A stretch of DNA of 60,011 nt from a bacterium (GTDB lineage Bacteria > Sysuimicrobiota > Sysuimicrobiia > Sysuimicrobiales > Kaftiobacteriaceae). Below are positions 56,745-60,011 of the stretch, piece after piece (within the stretch, counting starts at the first letter, position 1; every line of letters starts with the position of its first letter). A program made the translations under genes and the position numbers. The stretch covers positions 1 to 60,011 of the forward strand of contig JBIOWP010000056.1 of NCBI GenBank assembly GCA_044868695.1. Reading direction: 5' to 3'. The notes below the pieces were generated by a model. The model had not been told where the DNA came from, did no database searches, and worked only from the letters and a program-made list of their open reading frames with translations.

Positions 56745-58994
56745 ATGGCAACGTCCAAGCCCGCCGCGCGGCAGCCCGTCCGGCGTCCCACGTCCGGCAA
56801 GCTCCGCGCAATCCTCCAGGATGTTGGCACGCCGCCAGCTGCGCCGTTCGTCCCCGCGCCGTTCCAGGAAGCGGCGCTCGCCGCGGTGCGGACGGGGGAC
56901 GTCCTGGTCTCGGCGCCGACCGGGAGCGGTAAGACGTGGATCGCCGAGCAGGCCATCAGCGAGATTCTGGCCGGCGGCGGAACCGCGTGGTACACCACAC
57001 CGCTGAAGGCGCTGTCCAACCAGAAATTCCACCGCTTCTCGGGCCTCTACGGCGCGGAGTCGGCCGGCCTGCTCACCGGAGAACGGCGCATCAACGGGCA
57101 GGCGCCGGTGATCGTCGCGACCACCGAGATTCTGCGCAACGCGCTCTACGGCGACCGGCTGGCCCCCGACCTGATCGTGCTCGATGAAGCGCACTACCTG
57201 TCGGACCGCGAACGTGGCACGGCCTGGGAGGAGATCCTCCTGCTGGCGTCTTCGCGCAGCCGGCTGCTCCTGCTCTCTGCCACGTTTCCGAACGCTGATG
57301 TCATCGCCAGCTGGCTCGGCGAGGTACGGGGCAAGCGGCTCGAGGTCATTGCCGAGCGGACCCGGCCGGTGCCGCTGCGGTACGTACTCGCCGACGCCCG
57401 GGGCCGGCTCATCCCGCCGGACGCGCTGGGGCATCTGCCACCCGAAGGGCGCGCCTCGGGGTGGCTGGCGGGGCTGATCCGCGAACTCGAGCACTACAGC
57501 CTGCTGCCGGCGATCCTCTTCTATCCATCCAGGCGGCAGTGCGATGAGGCGGCCCGCGAGCTCGCCGCGATGCGTGCGTTCGGCCCAGAGCTGCGCGCCG
57601 CGGCGTTCGGGCGGTGGGAGCGCGAATTTCCGTTTCTCCGAACCCACGCATTCCGTAGCGCTGTGATCGACTCCGGCATCGCCCCACATCACGCGGGCCA
57701 CATGAGCGCCTGGCGGCTCGCGGTCGAGGATCTGCTGGCCCGTGGGCTGGTCCGCGTCGTCTGCGCCACCACGACGCTGGCCGCGGGGCTGGACGTGCCG
57801 GCCCGCACCGTTGCGCTGTCCACCCTCGTGCGCAACAGTCCTGAAGGACCCGTGCTGCTGACCGCGACCGAGTTCCATCAGATGAGCGGCCGGGCGGGGC
57901 GGCGGGGCAAGGACTCGATCGGCGTGGTCGTGCTGCCGGCCACGTCGCGGGACGAAGCGCGCGAGGGGCTCGCGCTGATCGACGCGGAACCCGATCCCGT
58001 CACCTCCTCGTTCTCTCCCGGGTACGTCCAGGTGTTGAACTTGCTGAGACGGGTCTCTCTGGAGGAAGCCCTGCGCGAGCTTAACCGCTCGCTGGCGGCC
58101 TATGAGCGGCGGTCGGAAGTGAAGCGGTTGCGTGATGCCATCGGGTCGGTGCCCCCCGACGAGCTCACCGAGCGCCCCTGCGACGACCGGCTGGTCACGC
58201 GGGGACGCTACGAGCGCATGCGCGACCGGCTGCGCCGGCTGCAGAAGCAGCGCGGTTCGTCTGAGGAGATCGCGACCGTCACCGCGGAGCTCGCGAATTG
58301 GCCGTGTGCCACATGCCCGGTCGAACAGCGGTGTCTGGCCACGATTGAGGCGCTGCGGTCCCGGGAACTGCGCCGGTCGTCGCTACGCCAGGCACTGCAC
58401 AATCTGGAAGGATCGCTGGCCGACGAGTTCATGAGGCGCGCCGCGGTCCTGCGGCGCCTGGGGTATCTGGACGAGAGCTCCCGGCTTACGCCCGAGGGGT
58501 TGTGGGCGGCCGAGCTCCGCCACCCGCGCATGCTCGTGCTGGCGGAGATCGTGCGGCGCAGTCTCATTGGCGGCTCCACCGCCGGCTGGGCGGCGGTGGC
58601 CGGCGCGCTTTCGACCGAGCGCGCGCCGTACCGCGGTGGGGAAGGCGGGCTGGAGGCGCTAGTGAAGCTCGCCCGGGAGCTCGACGTGCTGGAACGGCAG
58701 CACACGCTGCCGACCGACGACCTCATCCAGCAGCTTCAGCCGGAGTGGGATCCGCATTCACGGCGTCGCATCCCTTCGCCGGCTGACCGGCGCGCGGACG
58801 TCGTCATGGCCTGGATGCGCGGCGCCGACTGGAATGCGCTGGTGGCGGAGAGCCAGGCGGAGGAAGGCGACCTGCAGCGCATCATCCTGCAGGCGGCCGA
58901 GGTGTTGATGCAGGTGGAGGGACTGCCCTTTCCGGACGTACGGACGGCTGCCAAAGACGCGAGACTGCGCCTGTTGAGACCGCCCGTCGTCTAA
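56745..58994 (+). CDS. Ski2-like DExH RNA helicase (HelY-like)
   Basis: APTGSGKT, TPLKALSNQK, GLLTGE, TTEILRN, DEAH, LSAT, HHAG, QMSGRAGRRG, DSHCT-like EGDL.R tail. Confidence 0.9.
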   Translation: MATSKPAARQPVRRPTSGKLRAILQDVGTPPAAPFVPAPFQEAALAAVRTGDVLVSAPTGSGKTWIAEQAISEILAGGGTAWYTTPLKALSNQKFHRFSGLYGAESAGLLTGERRINGQAPVIVATTEILRNALYGDRLAPDLIVLDEAHYLSDRERGTAWEEILLLASSRSRLLLLSATFPNADVIASWLGEVRGKRLEVIAERTRPVPLRYVLADARGRLIPPDALGHLPPEGRASGWLAGLIRELEHYSLLPAILFYPSRRQCDEAARELAAMRAFGPELRAAAFGRWEREFPFLRTHAFRSAVIDSGIAPHHAGHMSAWRLAVEDLLARGLVRVVCATTTLAAGLDVPARTVALSTLVRNSPEGPVLLTATEFHQMSGRAGRRGKDSIGVVVLPATSRDEAREGLALIDAEPDPVTSSFSPGYVQVLNLLRRVSLEEALRELNRSLAAYERRSEVKRLRDAIGSVPPDELTERPCDDRLVTRGRYERMRDRLRRLQKQRGSSEEIATVTAELANWPCATCPVEQRCLATIEALRSRELRRSSLRQALHNLEGSLADEFMRRAAVLRRLGYLDESSRLTPEGLWAAELRHPRMLVLAEIVRRSLIGGSTAGWAAVAGALSTERAPYRGGEGGLEALVKLARELDVLERQHTLPTDDLIQQLQPEWDPHSRRRIPSPADRRADVVMAWMRGADWNALVAESQAEEGDLQRIILQAAEVLMQVEGLPFPDVRTAAKDARLRLLRPPVV

Positions 58995-59000
58995 CACGAA

Positions 59001-59117
59001 ACTGCGGGATCCGGGATACGGGATCCGGGATCCGACGACGGGCGAGGTAGGATTTCGACCGCCCGCCGTGTATCCTAGCATTACTGATCCCTGATCCCGG
59101 CTCCCTGATCCCGTAGT
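59001..59117. repeat. Inverted pair of heptamer tandem arrays (4x CGGGATC-like / 4x CTGATCC-like) forming a long palindromic element
   Basis: 59005-59032 and 59084-59111; outer ends ACTGCGGGATC / GATCCCGTAGT are near-complementary. Confidence 0.75.
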
Positions 59118-59132
59118 CAGCGCGGTGCAAGG

Positions 59133-59873
59133 ATGCGTACCTGCCCGGTGTGTGAGTCGGAGTTCGTTCCCAAGTTCGCCAGCGAGTGCGAGTCGCCGGT
59201 GGCCTGGTCGTGCCCTGAGTGCGGGTTGCTGCAGCTGGAAAGCGGCGGACGCCCGTTCACGGCGGAAGAGACCGCCGCCATTCAGTCGATCGCTCCCCAG
59301 GTCGCCGGCGAGCGGCGGTCGGCGCCCGCGTCGCGCGGCCGCGCCGCGGGGCAGGCCCGGGAGATTCTCGAGACGTTCGGCGCCGACGTACCGGTCGACG
59401 TGGAAGCGCTCGCCGAGCGGCTGGGCTATCCCGTGCGGTGGCGCGCCCTGCCGACGAGCACACGGGGCGGGGTCGCCGGCGACGCCGGTCATCCCCTGCT
59501 GGTCCTGAACCGCGACTACCCATTTCGCGCCGATGTGGAGCGCCGCTGGGCCGTGGCCGAGGAACTGGCGCACGCGCTGCTGGGCCACGGGACGCTCGTG
59601 GCCAGCGAGGAGCCCGGGCGCGGGCCGGTCCTGCTGGAGCCGACGCGGCAGGCGCGCGAGCGCGACGCCAAGGCGTTCGCCGCCGAGCTGCTCATGCCGG
59701 CCGCCCGGGTCCGGCAGGCATTTGCCCGCGAGCAGCCGATCATCCTGCGGGCGCTGGGGACGGGCGAGCGGACCGAAGCGGTCCGCACCGTCATCGGCGA
59801 CCTCGCGCGCGACTTCAAGGTCTCCCACCAGGCGATGCGGATCCGGCTCGCGGAGTTGGGGCTGCTGGGCTGA
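59133..59873 (+). CDS. ImmA/IrrE-family metallopeptidase-like protein with N-terminal Zn ribbon
   Basis: CPVC..CPEC; VPVDVEALAERLG, RRWAVAEELAHALLGH, ERDAKAFAAELLMP, LARDFKVSHQAMRIRL. Confidence 0.85.
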   Translation: MRTCPVCESEFVPKFASECESPVAWSCPECGLLQLESGGRPFTAEETAAIQSIAPQVAGERRSAPASRGRAAGQAREILETFGADVPVDVEALAERLGYPVRWRALPTSTRGGVAGDAGHPLLVLNRDYPFRADVERRWAVAEELAHALLGHGTLVASEEPGRGPVLLEPTRQARERDAKAFAAELLMPAARVRQAFAREQPIILRALGTGERTEAVRTVIGDLARDFKVSHQAMRIRLAELGLLG

Positions 59874-60011
59874 CGTCCGGTTCTCAGTAGTGGTTCAGTC
59901 TGGACTGTCATCCGTCTTCTGTTGGGCGAGTGGAAGGCCGCTCCGCTCTCGGGGCGGCTCACCCGCCGGGCGTAGCGCTCGGGCTCGCCAGCCACGATCG
60001 GCTGGGCTCAC

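Noticed and set aside
56604..57878. 811-aa ORF suggesting a large N-terminal fusion on solA
   Set aside because: The extension is the antisense shadow of the Ski2-like helicase; the oxidase begins at MPAFDIIVIGLG (56603)
59001..59117. Possible CRISPR array
   Set aside because: Units are 7 bp with no spacers, and no cas genes are present
59874..60011. Possible 3' end of a minus-strand gene at the window edge
   Set aside because: Too short to assign a frame or product

Overview
High-GC bacterial DNA with no recognisable rRNA, tRNA, CRISPR array or transposase. About 1-33.4 kb is the remainder of a large, tightly coupled + strand Wzx/Wzy-type surface-polysaccharide locus that is truncated at the left edge. 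It encodes three nucleotide-sugar dehydrogenases, GT2/GT4/GT-C transferases, a GtrA protein, Wzx, a Wzy-like protein and PglC/PglE/PglF-like enzymes. It also carries an unusually rich tailoring set: three cytoplasmic sulfatase-fold paralogues with a TxPSH motif instead of C/SxPxR, a PaaK/CapK-like adenylating enzyme, a stand-alone acyl carrier protein, two alpha/beta-hydrolases without a serine nucleophile, two GNATs, two NodB deacetylases and a methyltransferase. Next come orf-proB-proA and an accessory block (36.4-42.5 kb) of secreted proteins: a Cys-x18-Cys repeat protein, two putative metal-binding proteins, a DUF11-like protein, an SGNH-like protein and a G8/beta-helix protein. Then follow tauE, an NPP-family protein and an epimerase, a FAD oxidoreductase, a YtxH protein and arsR-arsN2-arsM. 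The right end holds a DEAD-box helicase with a structured SD-sequestering leader, an RRM-RGG protein, a degenerate LAGLIDADG protein, solA, a Ski2/HelY-like helicase, a heptamer inverted-repeat element and a Zn-ribbon ImmA/IrrE-like protein with an altered HExxH motif. All calls come from reading motifs by eye; no searches were run, and many start codons were re-chosen from RBS or gene-overlap evidence.
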